A stretch of 36,526 bases of DNA. It comes from Clostridia bacterium (lineage in GTDB: Bacteria; Bacillota; Peptococcia; Peptococcales; BICA1-8). The notes beneath the pieces are model-generated. The model searched no databases, was not told the DNA's origin, and was given only the letters and a program-made list of their open reading frames with translations. Shown piece by piece: positions 1 to 9,272 of this stretch. Position 1 is the stretch's first letter, and every line of letters begins with the position of its first letter. The stretch lies in the NCBI GenBank assembly GCA_012800195.1, contig JAAZJU010000018.1:1-36526 (forward strand). The letters are read 5' to 3'. Made by a program: the position numbers and the translations under genes.

Positions 1-1545
1 GGGCCTGCTTTAAACTTAACAGTAGTTGATCAATATGATGATAGTAGTACAAAAAGATATTTTACTACCCTTAATGAACCTAAAATAGAAAAAGTTGAAT
101 CTAAAGATGTGGCTACCATCAATCTAAGAATGAAGGTTGCAGATGATGCTCCTGTTAAGAATTATAAAGTTAAATTTAATGTTAATTATGATGTTGTCAG
201 TTCAGGGATGATGCAACAAAGAACCACCTATACAGATGTTCAGATTCCTGTGACCTATGGTTCCCTTGATCCTAAATTTACCATTAAAAATGTGCAATTT
301 GATCCTAAGGTACCAGATTTAAATAAACCTTTTACCGCCACTATCTTCTTTGAAAATATCAGCAAATCTCATGCTGGTGATATTAGTGTGGCTTTAGAAG
401 GGGGAACCAGTGCTGAAAACAGGAATTTCTGGGTTTTAGACCTGACCAATACTAAGCATCTCCTCAATGTAAAAGGTGAACAAACCAGAATGGTAACTTA
501 TCAGTTAGAAGCCGAAGAGGGGCGCAAGGGAAATGAGGTTAAAATCACCTTTACTTATACTTCTGGCGGAGAAGAAAAAACCCAATCGGAAATAATTAAC
601 CTACCTTTATCTAGAGAAGGCTTAGGTGGTAGTGGTAACAAACCCCGGGTAATTATTAGTAAATACACCTTATCTCCTGCAAAAATCTTAGCAGGAAATA
701 CAGTGTTACTTAGACTAGATATTGAAAATACCAGTGATAAGACCATACATAATGCTCGAATTTCTATAGTAGATGTGGAATCCGGTGATGCCATAGTTGA
801 TACAGTTTTCTCTCCCGTTAATAGTAGTAATACTTTTTACATTGAAAAAATTCCAGGAAAATCTATTCATACTCATGAAGTTGCATTATATGTAGATCCT
901 AATGCTCAGGCTAAAACCTATAATGTACCTATAGAGATTAGGTATGAATATGAAGGATCTGATACAGAGCTAGAAGTTAGAGAACGGGTCAACATCCCAG
1001 TAACTCAGGAAAGTAAATTAGAGATATTATCCGTAGAGGTACCTCCAATGGCCATGATTGGGCAGCCGGTGCCTATAGCAGCTGAATATGTCAATGTGGG
1101 TAAAGTGGCCCTTACTAACTTTAGGGTAACCATGGAAGGGGATTTCCATAAGGAAAATGCCACTTACTATGTAGGCAATTTTGAAACAGGGATGAGTGAT
1201 TATTACCAAGCTTTAGTAATACCCCAAGAGGAAGGGGAACTCCAAGGGGCAGTGGTCTTTAGCTATATAGATAATAATAATCAAGAGGTTAGAATAGAAG
1301 AGCCCTTTACTCTAATGGTAGAGGGAGCACCGGAAATGCCTGATATGGAGATGGGACCAGATGGTATGCCTTTAGGACCTGATGGAATGCCTATGAGGCC
1401 AGAAGGATCTCAAGGTGGTTTTCTAAGTAAATTAAAGGGCAATTGGTTAGTTGTTCTTTTAGGTCTGGCTTTAATTGGTCAAGGAATATTTATTTGGCGT
1501 TTAAAACGCAAGATAAACGCGAATGGGGAATTTTTCGATGCATAA
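1..1545 (+). CDS. Envelope/cell-surface protein with repeated Ig-like (CARDB / COG1361-type) modules and a C-terminal membrane anchor; 5' end cut by the window edge
   Basis: Frame 1 is open from nt 1 (no stop before the first ATG at 109), so the ORF enters from upstream. It has repeated beta-rich ~100-aa modules, a Met/Pro-rich linker (MPDMEMGPDGMPLGPDGMPMRPEG), then a hydrophobic helix WLVVLLGLALIGQGIFIW followed by RLKRK. Its stop overlaps the start of the next gene. Confidence 0.6.
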   Translation, partial: GPALNLTVVDQYDDSSTKRYFTTLNEPKIEKVESKDVATINLRMKVADDAPVKNYKVKFNVNYDVVSSGMMQQRTTYTDVQIPVTYGSLDPKFTIKNVQFDPKVPDLNKPFTATIFFENISKSHAGDISVALEGGTSAENRNFWVLDLTNTKHLLNVKGEQTRMVTYQLEAEEGRKGNEVKITFTYTSGGEEKTQSEIINLPLSREGLGGSGNKPRVIISKYTLSPAKILAGNTVLLRLDIENTSDKTIHNARISIVDVESGDAIVDTVFSPVNSSNTFYIEKIPGKSIHTHEVALYVDPNAQAKTYNVPIEIRYEYEGSDTELEVRERVNIPVTQESKLEILSVEVPPMAMIGQPVPIAAEYVNVGKVALTNFRVTMEGDFHKENATYYVGNFETGMSDYYQALVIPQEEGELQGAVVFSYIDNNNQEVRIEEPFTLMVEGAPEMPDMEMGPDGMPLGPDGMPMRPEGSQGGFLSKLKGNWLVVLLGLALIGQGIFIWRLKRKINANGEFFDA

Positions 1546-2905
1546 GTCGGATATTATTAAAATGGCCCATAAAAATCTGTGGCGCCGTAAGGTAAGAACA
1601 TTTTTAACAGTTTTAGGAGTTCTAATTGGTACCACCTCTATTATTGTCATGATTTCTCTGGGTATTGGTTTAACGGAAACCTCTAAGAAAACCATGGAAC
1701 AATGGGGGAGTCTAAATTTAATAGAAATCTATTCTGGAATGCGTTGGGATAATGAGGGGAACCCCATAGGTCAATCTAATCCTTTAAACGATGAGGCTGT
1801 GCAAACATTTAAAACTATGCCAGGAGTAGTTGGTGTCTCCCCGGGCTATAATATCGGGGGTATGGCTAAGTGGGGTAGAAAGGAAGGACATTTACAAATA
1901 GTTGGTTTAGACGCTAGCCAAATGCCCAACATGGAATTTAAAATAGGCGAAGGGCGCCTTTTGAATGCAGAGGATAGATTTAATATCGTGGTAGGTAGAG
2001 AAGTGGGACAGCAATTTTGGGACCCCAAGGAGATGGAGCGAATGGGTGAGCATTTCTACATGGGACCAAGTGATGGTGAAAACAATCCTACTTTAGAAAT
2101 GCTTAATCAACGGGTTTCCGTAGATATGTATAATCGAAATGGTCAAAAAAGAACCTATAACTTCACTGTGGTGGGAATATTAAGTGAAGAAAATAGGGAT
2201 AAATCCTGGCAAAGCTATGCTCCTATTGGAGAGATAAAACGGATTAAAGAGTTTATGAATGCTGGTCCCCAAGGGGGTAACCAGGGGGGCCGAGGAGGAG
2301 TGACTGTTCCCGGGGGGAGATCTCGTAATAATGAGGGACCTGATCCTAATGATTATGACTTTATTTGGGTGCGGACCAATGATGTTAGTATTACCAAAGA
2401 ACTGTCTAAAGAAATCAGGGACATGGGTTACCAAGCCTGGGCTATGGCGGATAATTTAGAAGGTATCGAAGAACAGGCTAAAGTTATGCAGGCTATTTTA
2501 GGGGGCATAGGAGGCATAACCCTTCTGGTAGCGGCTTTGGGAATAATCAATACCATGATTATGTCCATTTATGAGCGAACTAGGGAAATAGGAATAATGA
2601 AGGTAATTGGCGCTTCTTTCTTTGATATTCGTCTTTTGTTTTTGACTGAAGCAGGACTGATTGGTTTATTTGGGGGCGTTATTGGTTTGGCTTTTAGTTA
2701 CGGAGCCTCCTGGGTTATCAATCATTTTGGAGCAAGTTATATTGGTGGAGGAATGATGGGTCAAGAAGTTACTATTTCTCTTATTCCCCCATGGCTAGCA
2801 ATCTTTGCTCTAATCTTCTCCATCCTAATTGGGGTAGTGGCAGGTATTTATCCTGCTAATAGAGCAGTAAAATTAAGTCCTATTAGTGCTATAAGAAACG
2901 AATAA
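1538..2905 (+). CDS. ABC transporter permease, MacB/FtsX family
   Basis: N-terminal TM helix (RTFLTVLGVLIGTTSIIVMISLG), a large extracytoplasmic domain, and a C-terminal FtsX-type TM bundle (MKVIGASFFDIRLLFLTEAGLIGLFGG...). The ATG at 1538 overlaps the upstream stop (ATGCATAA) and follows GGGGAA. The ORF-track start at 1523 has no RBS. Confidence 0.85.
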   Translation: MHKSDIIKMAHKNLWRRKVRTFLTVLGVLIGTTSIIVMISLGIGLTETSKKTMEQWGSLNLIEIYSGMRWDNEGNPIGQSNPLNDEAVQTFKTMPGVVGVSPGYNIGGMAKWGRKEGHLQIVGLDASQMPNMEFKIGEGRLLNAEDRFNIVVGREVGQQFWDPKEMERMGEHFYMGPSDGENNPTLEMLNQRVSVDMYNRNGQKRTYNFTVVGILSEENRDKSWQSYAPIGEIKRIKEFMNAGPQGGNQGGRGGVTVPGGRSRNNEGPDPNDYDFIWVRTNDVSITKELSKEIRDMGYQAWAMADNLEGIEEQAKVMQAILGGIGGITLLVAALGIINTMIMSIYERTREIGIMKVIGASFFDIRLLFLTEAGLIGLFGGVIGLAFSYGASWVINHFGASYIGGGMMGQEVTISLIPPWLAIFALIFSILIGVVAGIYPANRAVKLSPISAIRNE

Positions 2906-2911
2906 GTTTAA

Positions 2912-2950
2912 AACTAACCAAAGCTTAGAGCTATGGTTAGTTTTTTATTT
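2912..2950 (+). terminator. Rho-independent terminator after the FtsX permease gene
   Basis: AACTAACCA / TGGTTAGTT stem followed by a T-run. Confidence 0.8.
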
Positions 2951-2996
2951 TGGGCTTTAGGGTATCTTGGACAAGAGAGTAGAATATATTAGAGTA

Positions 2997-3024
2997 TTGA
3001 CAAGCTTATTTTAATGGATATGAT
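2997..3024 (+). promoter_or_regulatory. Sigma-A-type promoter candidate for the glcDEF-like operon
   Basis: TTGACA (2997-3002), 16-nt spacer, TATGAT (3019-3024). Confidence 0.45.
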
Positions 3025-3075
3025 AAAATGAAATAATAAATTGCCCTATTGGTATTCCGTAAAGAGGTGAATAGA

Positions 3076-4509
3076 TTGATAAATCAAAGGGTTATTCAGG
3101 ACCTGAGCAAAGTGGTTGGAAAAGATAATATAATCAAGAGTAAAATTGCTTTAGCTAGCTATTCTTTTGATTCTTCTCCCTATAAGGGTCATCCTGGGGT
3201 GGTAGTATTTCCCACCACCACGGAGATGGTCGCACAAATTATGAAAATTGCTAATAAATACAATGTGCCAGTTTTACCCCGGGGGGCAGGGACCTCCTTA
3301 AGCGGCGGGACCATTGCACCTCCAGGTTCGATAGTTATTTCTCTGACTAAAATGAATAAGATTTTGGAGGTAAATCCTCAAGGAAAGTATGCTTTAGTTG
3401 AAGGGGGAGCTACTAATAAAGCTATCCAATTGGCAGCCCAACCCTACGGTTTAATGTTTGCCCCAGATCCGGGCAGTCAAAATGTGGCCACTATTGGTGG
3501 AAATATTGCCGCCAATGCTGGGGGGATGCGGGGTGTCAAATACGGATCCACCAAAGACAATCTTTTGGGGCTAGAAATTGTCCTGCCTTCAGGGGAAGTT
3601 ATTACTACAGGTGGGCTCAATTCAGATATTGAAGGAAATATTGATTTAACCTATTTATTCTGTGGCTCTGAGGGAACCTTTGGCATTGTCACTAAAGCTT
3701 GGGTAAGCCTCACTCCCATTTATAGTGACATTATGACCATGACTGCTACCTTTCCCAGCTTAGAGGATGCTGGGTCCTGTGTAGCAGAAATAATTGCCCA
3801 AGGGGTCATTCCTACTGCCATGGAAATTATGGATAATATAGTCATTGTTGCTTTAGAAGAGTATATGCAGATGGGTCTTGATAAAACTGCAGAAGCCCTT
3901 CTTCTGATTGAAATAGACGGCTTCTCCTCCGAGGTTCAAGCTCAAGGAGAAAAAATAATTAAAGCATTGGAAAACAATAAGGCCAATAATTACCAAATTG
4001 CTAAAAATGTAGAGGATAGACAAGAATTATGGCGGGGTAGAAGATCCGTTAATGGAGCCCTGGGGAAAATCAGACCAGGCATGTTAGTTCATGATATTGT
4101 TGTTCCTAGGGACAGACTAGCCTTTATGTTAAAAAAGGTAGCTGAAATAGCGAAAAAATATAATATAATTATCGGCCAGGTTGCCCATGCTGGAGATGGT
4201 AATAGCCATCCAAGTCTACTCTATGATCATAGAAACTCAGAGGAATTAGAAAGAGTAGAAAAAGCTGGGGAGGAAATAATCAAAGAAGCCCTTGCCCAGG
4301 GAGGAGTAATTACTGGAGAGCATGGTATTGGGATTGAAAAAATAAAATATATGAATCTAGCCTTTACTCCGGCCAGTTTGCTCTATATGGCTAAGGTTAA
4401 AGAAGCTTTTGACCCGGACAATCTGACCAACCCCGGTAAAAAATTACCACCAGAATTACAGGGACAAGGAGGGGATAAACTTGGAGAACAAAAACTTAGA
4501 GCTAATTAA
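3076..4509 (+). CDS. glcD: FAD-linked oxidase, glycolate oxidase subunit GlcD / D-lactate dehydrogenase-like
   Basis: FAD-binding PCMH-type domain (VFPTTTEMVAQIMKIANKYNVPVLPRGAGTSLSGG) and a C-terminal GEHGIGIEK motif. It is the first of three overlapping genes, followed by GlcE- and GlcF-like partners. The TTG at 3076 follows AGAGGTG; the ORF-track start at 3049 lacks an RBS. Confidence 0.8.
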   Translation: MINQRVIQDLSKVVGKDNIIKSKIALASYSFDSSPYKGHPGVVVFPTTTEMVAQIMKIANKYNVPVLPRGAGTSLSGGTIAPPGSIVISLTKMNKILEVNPQGKYALVEGGATNKAIQLAAQPYGLMFAPDPGSQNVATIGGNIAANAGGMRGVKYGSTKDNLLGLEIVLPSGEVITTGGLNSDIEGNIDLTYLFCGSEGTFGIVTKAWVSLTPIYSDIMTMTATFPSLEDAGSCVAEIIAQGVIPTAMEIMDNIVIVALEEYMQMGLDKTAEALLLIEIDGFSSEVQAQGEKIIKALENNKANNYQIAKNVEDRQELWRGRRSVNGALGKIRPGMLVHDIVVPRDRLAFMLKKVAEIAKKYNIIIGQVAHAGDGNSHPSLLYDHRNSEELERVEKAGEEIIKEALAQGGVITGEHGIGIEKIKYMNLAFTPASLLYMAKVKEAFDPDNLTNPGKKLPPELQGQGGDKLGEQKLRAN

Positions 4510-5623
4510 GGATATAGTTGGAGCGGAAAATATTGATTCCCAGGGTATAGTCTATCCCCTTACTGTGGAACAGGTAGTTAGAATTGTGAAATTGGCTAAT
4601 CAGGCTGGTTTCCCCCTTTATCCCATGGGGCAGGGATTAAAGTTTCAGTCTTTTATACCCAAAGTGGATAAAGGAATAATAGTCTCCTTAAAAAAGCTAA
4701 ATAAGATTATAGAATACCGTCCTGATAATATGAGTATTGAGGTGGAGGCAGGTATTACCACTGGTGAACTTTTAGAAAAATTAGCTCCTGATAATATTTT
4801 CTATCCCATTGATATTGATAATTTAAACTCCACCTTAGGGGGCCAGATAGCGGCTAATTACTACGGAAGAAAAAAGTATATGTATAAAAGTAGTCGTTTT
4901 CAGGTCTTAGGATTAGAGTTTGTTTCCCCTCAAGGGGAGATAATCAGAGTTGGGGGAAGAACAGTAAAAAATGTTAGTGGTTATGATATTAGTCAAATGT
5001 TAGTCGGGTCTTGGGGAGCTTTTGGGATAATCACCAAAATAACCCTTCGAGTTAGACCTAGGCCAGAAAAGAATCTAATGTTAAAACTAACTATTGATAA
5101 TCTTCAGGAATTAACGGACATCGCTGGTAAGATACTGGAGGAGAGAATGAGCTTAGCCTCCTTGACCTTTGAGCACCGAGAAAACAAATTTAACTTATAT
5201 TTGGAGCTAGAAGGGTTTCAAGATACAGTGGAACTACAAGGAAAAAGACTAAAGGAGCAATACCCTTTTATAGATGCTCCTTCTCTGACTCCGCAACAAC
5301 AATTAAGGGCTAAAATTTCGGTACCCCTAACTAATTATTTAAACTTGTTATTGGAACTAGAGAAGATAGTTGCAGATAATCTTGATTTCCATGGGAATAT
5401 TACCAATGGAATTGTAGAACTGGATTTACCTGAGGACAGGATTGAGGAAATAAAAGGAAGGGTGGATAAATTACAAGGGGCATTGGTTTTCGATAGAAAA
5501 ATAATTGTGGGACAGGGTAATGACCCCAACTATCGTAGGATTTTAGAGAATATTAAAAAACAGGTTGACCCCAATAATATCCTCTTCCCAGAAATCCTCC
5601 TTAAAGGAGTAGAAATATTATGA
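4481..5623 (+). CDS. glcE: FAD-binding oxidase subunit, GlcE-like
   Basis: Divergent FAD-binding PCMH domain without the catalytic C-terminal motif, positioned between GlcD- and GlcF-like genes. The TTG start lies 7 nt after GGAGG and overlaps the glcD end by 29 nt. Confidence 0.7.
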   Translation: MENKNLELIKDIVGAENIDSQGIVYPLTVEQVVRIVKLANQAGFPLYPMGQGLKFQSFIPKVDKGIIVSLKKLNKIIEYRPDNMSIEVEAGITTGELLEKLAPDNIFYPIDIDNLNSTLGGQIAANYYGRKKYMYKSSRFQVLGLEFVSPQGEIIRVGGRTVKNVSGYDISQMLVGSWGAFGIITKITLRVRPRPEKNLMLKLTIDNLQELTDIAGKILEERMSLASLTFEHRENKFNLYLELEGFQDTVELQGKRLKEQYPFIDAPSLTPQQQLRAKISVPLTNYLNLLLELEKIVADNLDFHGNITNGIVELDLPEDRIEEIKGRVDKLQGALVFDRKIIVGQGNDPNYRRILENIKKQVDPNNILFPEILLKGVEIL

Positions 5624-6873
5624 ATAAAGAAGAAGTATTGAAAAAAATTTTAAATTGTAATAAATGTGGCTTATGCCAAGAGGTTTGCCCCACTTATAAG
5701 ATTTCTGGTCATGAATTTGCAGTGGCTAGAGGTAGACTGAGATTAATTCGGATGGCCTTAGAAGGCGAACTGGATTTAAATGGGGAACCAGAATTGGAGG
5801 AATTCGTTAATGAGTGCCTTTTATGTAAAGCCTGTGAAGTGAATTGTCCTTCTTTTGTCCCCGTCTCTCAAATTATCTCAGAGATCAGGGAAAACTACAC
5901 TCAAGTTAAAGGCTTACCCCTAACTAAAAGGTTAATGTATTGGGGGGTATTCTCAAAAAACAAGAACTTAAATTTGATAAGAAAGATGGCTTTAATCTAT
6001 CAAGGCACGGGAGCCAATAGGATAGTAAAGGGTGTTAAATTTCTTAAAAAATCTCCCCTCAATTTACTTCCTAAATTAACCAAAAAAAGTGTCCGGGAGC
6101 AATTGCCAGAAATTTTAAAAGAAATAGCTAATCCTAAACATAGAGTTGCTTATTTCTTGGGCTGTTCAGTTAATAATTTTTTTAGTGAAATTGGTGTTGC
6201 GAGCATTAAGGTTCTCCAGGAAAACAATTGTCAAGTGGTAATCCCTGAGGTTAGTTGTTGTGGGGCTCCCCATAAAAGTGCAGGGGATAGGGAGGAAACC
6301 ATCCGTTTAGCTAAAATAAATTTGAGGGCTTTTAAGGACCTTGATGTGGAAGCTATTGTAGTAGATTGTTCTACTTGTGGTTCGGTGTTAATGGAGTATG
6401 CTGAAATTCTCAAGGATGACCAGGAATATGGAGAACTTGCCCAAAACATAGCTAATTTAATTACGGATATAAGTGCGTATTTAGTAAAAATAGATTTTAG
6501 AAAACCCGAAGGACAACTTCCCCTAGTTCGGGTTACCTATCATGACCCTTGTCATGGAATTAGATCCTTAAAGGTGCAAAAAGAACCACGAAAAATCTTA
6601 GAAGCAATACCTGGAGTAAAACTGGTGGAGATGAGGGATGCAGCTTCTTGTTGCGGTGGAGCAGGATCCTATAGTATCTTCCAGGCTAAGACCTCCAAAA
6701 AAGTTTTAAAAGAAAAAATGGCAAATTATCAGGAAACAGAGGCAGATATTTTAGCCACTTCCTGTCCAGCCTGCACTATGCAATTAGGTTATGGTATCGA
6801 GTTAGCAAATTTATCAGGGGTAGTTAAGCATCCTGTGGAGCTTTTAGCCCAAGCCTATGAAAAAGAAAAGTAA
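5620..6873 (+). CDS. glcF: Fe-S subunit with two 4Fe-4S motifs and two Cys-rich (CCG) domains, GlcF-like
   Basis: Ferredoxin-type motifs CNKCGLCQEVCP and CLLCKACEVNCP, plus downstream CCG motifs (VSCCGAP, ASCCGGAG). ATGA start/stop overlap with glcE. Confidence 0.8.
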   Translation: MNKEEVLKKILNCNKCGLCQEVCPTYKISGHEFAVARGRLRLIRMALEGELDLNGEPELEEFVNECLLCKACEVNCPSFVPVSQIISEIRENYTQVKGLPLTKRLMYWGVFSKNKNLNLIRKMALIYQGTGANRIVKGVKFLKKSPLNLLPKLTKKSVREQLPEILKEIANPKHRVAYFLGCSVNNFFSEIGVASIKVLQENNCQVVIPEVSCCGAPHKSAGDREETIRLAKINLRAFKDLDVEAIVVDCSTCGSVLMEYAEILKDDQEYGELAQNIANLITDISAYLVKIDFRKPEGQLPLVRVTYHDPCHGIRSLKVQKEPRKILEAIPGVKLVEMRDAASCCGGAGSYSIFQAKTSKKVLKEKMANYQETEADILATSCPACTMQLGYGIELANLSGVVKHPVELLAQAYEKEK

Positions 6874-6932
6874 AATAATTTTTAAAGAAAGTGGCAGACT
6901 AAGTGTAAACATCCCAAAGGAGGTTTACAGCG

Positions 6933-7139
6933 GTGGTTAAACAGGGAAAAAAGGAAACAGAGGCCAAAATAAAAGGCCAAGTTTTTGTTTCAACTGAAGA
7001 GGGTTCTGCAACTTGGAAAAGTTTAGATGGAGAGGGGCTTACTGCTAAATATGAGAAAGGACCCACTGAATATACCAAAGTTTTCGAGGAGCTCCTTGGA
7101 GTAGGGAACCTAGTCTTAAATTTATGTGTAATGAGGTAG
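6933..7139 (+). CDS. Hypothetical 68-aa protein
   Basis: GTG start 8 nt after AAAGGAGG. No terminator separates it from glcF. Its 3' end overlaps the next small ORF by 16 nt. Confidence 0.5.
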   Translation: MVKQGKKETEAKIKGQVFVSTEEGSATWKSLDGEGLTAKYEKGPTEYTKVFEELLGVGNLVLNLCVMR

Positions 7140-7291
7140 GGGTTAATGAGGATCAGTTAATTCAAGGAATTTCCCAAAACAAATCCGATAAAGAAATGGC
7201 TGAAGAAATGGGTGTTCCAGAAAGAACAATTCAAGGCTTAAGAAAGCGCTTTATGACCCATGGAATAGCCTCTATTGAAGGCCAAGATTAA
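7124..7291 (+). CDS. Hypothetical 55-aa helix-turn-helix peptide (sigma region-4 / LuxR-like), or the C-terminal part of a frameshifted gene
   Basis: My own translation: MCNEGVNEDQLIQGISQNKSDKEMAEEMGVPERTIQGLRKRFMTHGIASIEGQD. It is below the ORF-track size cut-off. There is no RBS of its own; the ATG lies inside the end of the 6933 ORF in the -1 frame. A hairpin follows at 7314-7334. Confidence 0.35.
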   Translation: MCNEVGVNEDQLIQGISQNKSDKEMAEEMGVPERTIQGLRKRFMTHGIASIEGQD

Positions 7292-7313
7292 AGAAAACCA
7301 GATCAAATATTTT

Positions 7314-7340
7314 GGAGCAGGCTAGACCTGCTCCTTTAAA
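7314..7340 (+). terminator. Hairpin, possible terminator after the small HTH ORF
   Basis: GGAGCAGG ctaga CCTGCTCC followed by TTTAAATT, which is a weak U-tract. Confidence 0.45.
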
Positions 7341-7353
7341 TTGGGAAAAAATA

Positions 7354-7382
7354 TTGAAATCCTTTTTAAATAGGGGGATAAT
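7354..7382 (+). promoter_or_regulatory. Sigma-A-type promoter candidate
   Basis: TTGAAA (7354-7359), 17-nt spacer, GATAAT (7377-7382). It lies 40 nt upstream of the 7423 start. Confidence 0.45.
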
Positions 7383-7422
7383 AGGGTAAGCATAATTGAA
7401 GAACAATATAAGGTGGGATTCT

Positions 7423-8076
7423 ATGTATAAAACTTACAAAAAAGTTATAGATTTTTCACTATCAACTAAAAACCTACCTCTCAGTTTGTTTAATTCGCAA
7501 GGTTTTTTTTGGTTGACCTCCGCTATTTCTTTTGCCTTTGCTACGGAGGAACTGAGAAAATGTCTTAATAAAATGACTAAATTTAGTAAAGTTGAAGTGG
7601 ATCCTTGGGATAGTAAACAATTAGTAGCTCTATTTAAGGACAGTCTCAAAAGGGGAGAGGTTTCTCCTGAGATTGAGAAAATAGCCCAAAAGGCTAGTAT
7701 GCATAATCTTAAGATTTTAGCAGGCTTTTCTCAAAAATACTGTAGTATTTTTGACATAGAGGGTAGCATTGTGCTGGGCAAAACCTTCTTTGCCCATTGG
7801 TTAATATATAAAATAATTGAGTTAGAATGGCAACAGGTTCTCGATAGAGAAGAGGTTCAAGAGAATTATTTATTACTGGATGCTTTTATTGAGGAAAGTA
7901 AAGATCTAGAAGAATTAGAGGAAAAATACTTATCCGGTCAGGAACTTTCCTTAGATGAAAGGCTTTATTTGCGGGGACATTGGGAACGGATAAATGTATT
8001 TTGGTCTAAGGTTTATCAAGATCTGAAGTTATTAAAGGGAGGCTGGATTTCTTTTAAACCTCCTTACCGACAGTAG
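7423..8076 (+). CDS. Hypothetical protein (217 aa), no recognisable domain
   Basis: The ATG at 7423 lies 6 nt after AGGTGGG. A sigma-A-like promoter sits at 7354-7382. The ORF-track TTG start at 7396 has no RBS. Confidence 0.55.
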   Translation: MYKTYKKVIDFSLSTKNLPLSLFNSQGFFWLTSAISFAFATEELRKCLNKMTKFSKVEVDPWDSKQLVALFKDSLKRGEVSPEIEKIAQKASMHNLKILAGFSQKYCSIFDIEGSIVLGKTFFAHWLIYKIIELEWQQVLDREEVQENYLLLDAFIEESKDLEELEEKYLSGQELSLDERLYLRGHWERINVFWSKVYQDLKLLKGGWISFKPPYRQ

Positions 8077-8180
8077 GAAATAGAGGTTTAATTTGGCAAC
8101 TTAAGTACCCCCTTAAAGTTGTGGCAAGAGCGAATTCTTTAATTGATGACATCAAGAATATGCAAAAGGAGGAATCATCA

Positions 8181-9137
8181 ATGAAAAGAATGCTTAATTT
8201 AACACTGGTAACTTTTTTCTTAGTTGCCTTATCCATGACAGCTTGGGCAGCTGTCCAAGGAGAAGCTGACTTAGAATGGCAAATGCTTGATTTAGTTAAT
8301 CAAGAAAGGGCCAAGGCTGGAGTTGCCCCTTTACAAATGGATAGTAAGTTAGTGGAAATTGCTAGACTAAAGTCTCAGGATATGATTGATAAAAATTACT
8401 TTGCCCATACTTCCCCTACTTATGGTGACCCCTTCCAAATGATGAGAAGCTTTGGGGTTACATATACAACTGCTGGGGAAAATCTAGCCGGAAATCCCAG
8501 TTTAACAGGAGCTCATACATCCTTAATGAATTCTCCTGGACATAGGGCGAATATCTTAAACCCTGATTTTACTCATATAGGTATTGGGGTTGTGAAAGGT
8601 GGTAAATATGGGATGATGATTACCCAACTATTTACCAAGCCTACCGGAACTACCACTCCAGCAGAACGACCAAGTAGTCCACAACCAGAACAACCTAAAG
8701 AACAACCCAAACCAGAGGAACCAAAACAACCTGAAGAATCCAAACAGCCTGAAAAGCCAAAAAAACCTGCAGAGCCCAAGGAAACCAATAAGAATATAGA
8801 AGTTTACTTTAAAAATAAAAAAGTGCTTTTCCCCGATATTAAGCCCTTTATAAAGAATGACAGAGTTCTAATTCCTATTAGATTTCTTTCTGAAGACATG
8901 GGATATGAGGTAGAGTGGGACAGTAAAGAACAAAAAGTAAGTATCCAAAATGGCGCAAAAAAAATCGCCTTAAGGATAAATAACCGGATAGTACAAGTTG
9001 ATAATTATTCCCTACAAGCTGATAGTGCACCAATTTTATATAATAATAGAACAATGGTGCCCTTAAGATTAGTCCTTGAAACCTTTAATTCTAATGTAAC
9101 CTGGGTTCCAAGCCTGCAACAGGTGCATATCCAATAA
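8181..9137 (+). CDS. Secreted CAP/SCP (YkwD-like) domain protein with a Pro/Glu/Lys-rich linker and a copper-amine-oxidase-N-terminal-like stalk domain
   Basis: Signal peptide MKRMLNLTLVTFFLVALSMTAWA after the AAAGGAGG RBS. CAP-domain motifs (GENLA, HRANILNPDFTHIGIG). Linker PEQPKEQPKPEEPKQPEESKQPEKPKKPAEPKE. C-terminal domain with NDRVLIPIRFLSEDMGYEVEWD and NNRTMVPLRLV. Confidence 0.75.
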   Translation: MKRMLNLTLVTFFLVALSMTAWAAVQGEADLEWQMLDLVNQERAKAGVAPLQMDSKLVEIARLKSQDMIDKNYFAHTSPTYGDPFQMMRSFGVTYTTAGENLAGNPSLTGAHTSLMNSPGHRANILNPDFTHIGIGVVKGGKYGMMITQLFTKPTGTTTPAERPSSPQPEQPKEQPKPEEPKQPEESKQPEKPKKPAEPKETNKNIEVYFKNKKVLFPDIKPFIKNDRVLIPIRFLSEDMGYEVEWDSKEQKVSIQNGAKKIALRINNRIVQVDNYSLQADSAPILYNNRTMVPLRLVLETFNSNVTWVPSLQQVHIQ

Positions 9138-9150
9138 AGAAAATATACGT

Positions 9151-9183
9151 GCCCCTTAGTTAAGAACTAAGGGGCTTTTTTTT
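9151..9183 (+). terminator. Rho-independent terminator after the CAP-domain gene
   Basis: GCCCCTTAGTT aag AACTAAGGGGC followed by T8. Confidence 0.9.
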
Positions 9184-9272
9184 CTAAAACAAAGGGTTTT
9201 AATGTTTTTTATAGAAACTAAATATATAAGGAAAAGTATCTAACTCTGGTAGCAAGGAGGGGGGCGTGTAGG

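Noticed and set aside
7137-7160. Stop-codon readthrough of the TAG at 7137 to reach the downstream HTH.
   Set aside because: The HTH is in a different frame. Reading through the TAG in frame hits TAA after six codons (GLMRIS).
8650-8790. Nucleotide-level repetitiveness (ccagaacaacc / aaacaacctgaag ...) in the CAP-protein gene.
   Set aside because: It encodes the in-frame Pro/Glu/Lys-rich linker (PEQPKEQPKPEEPKQPEE...). This is coding low complexity, not a DNA element.
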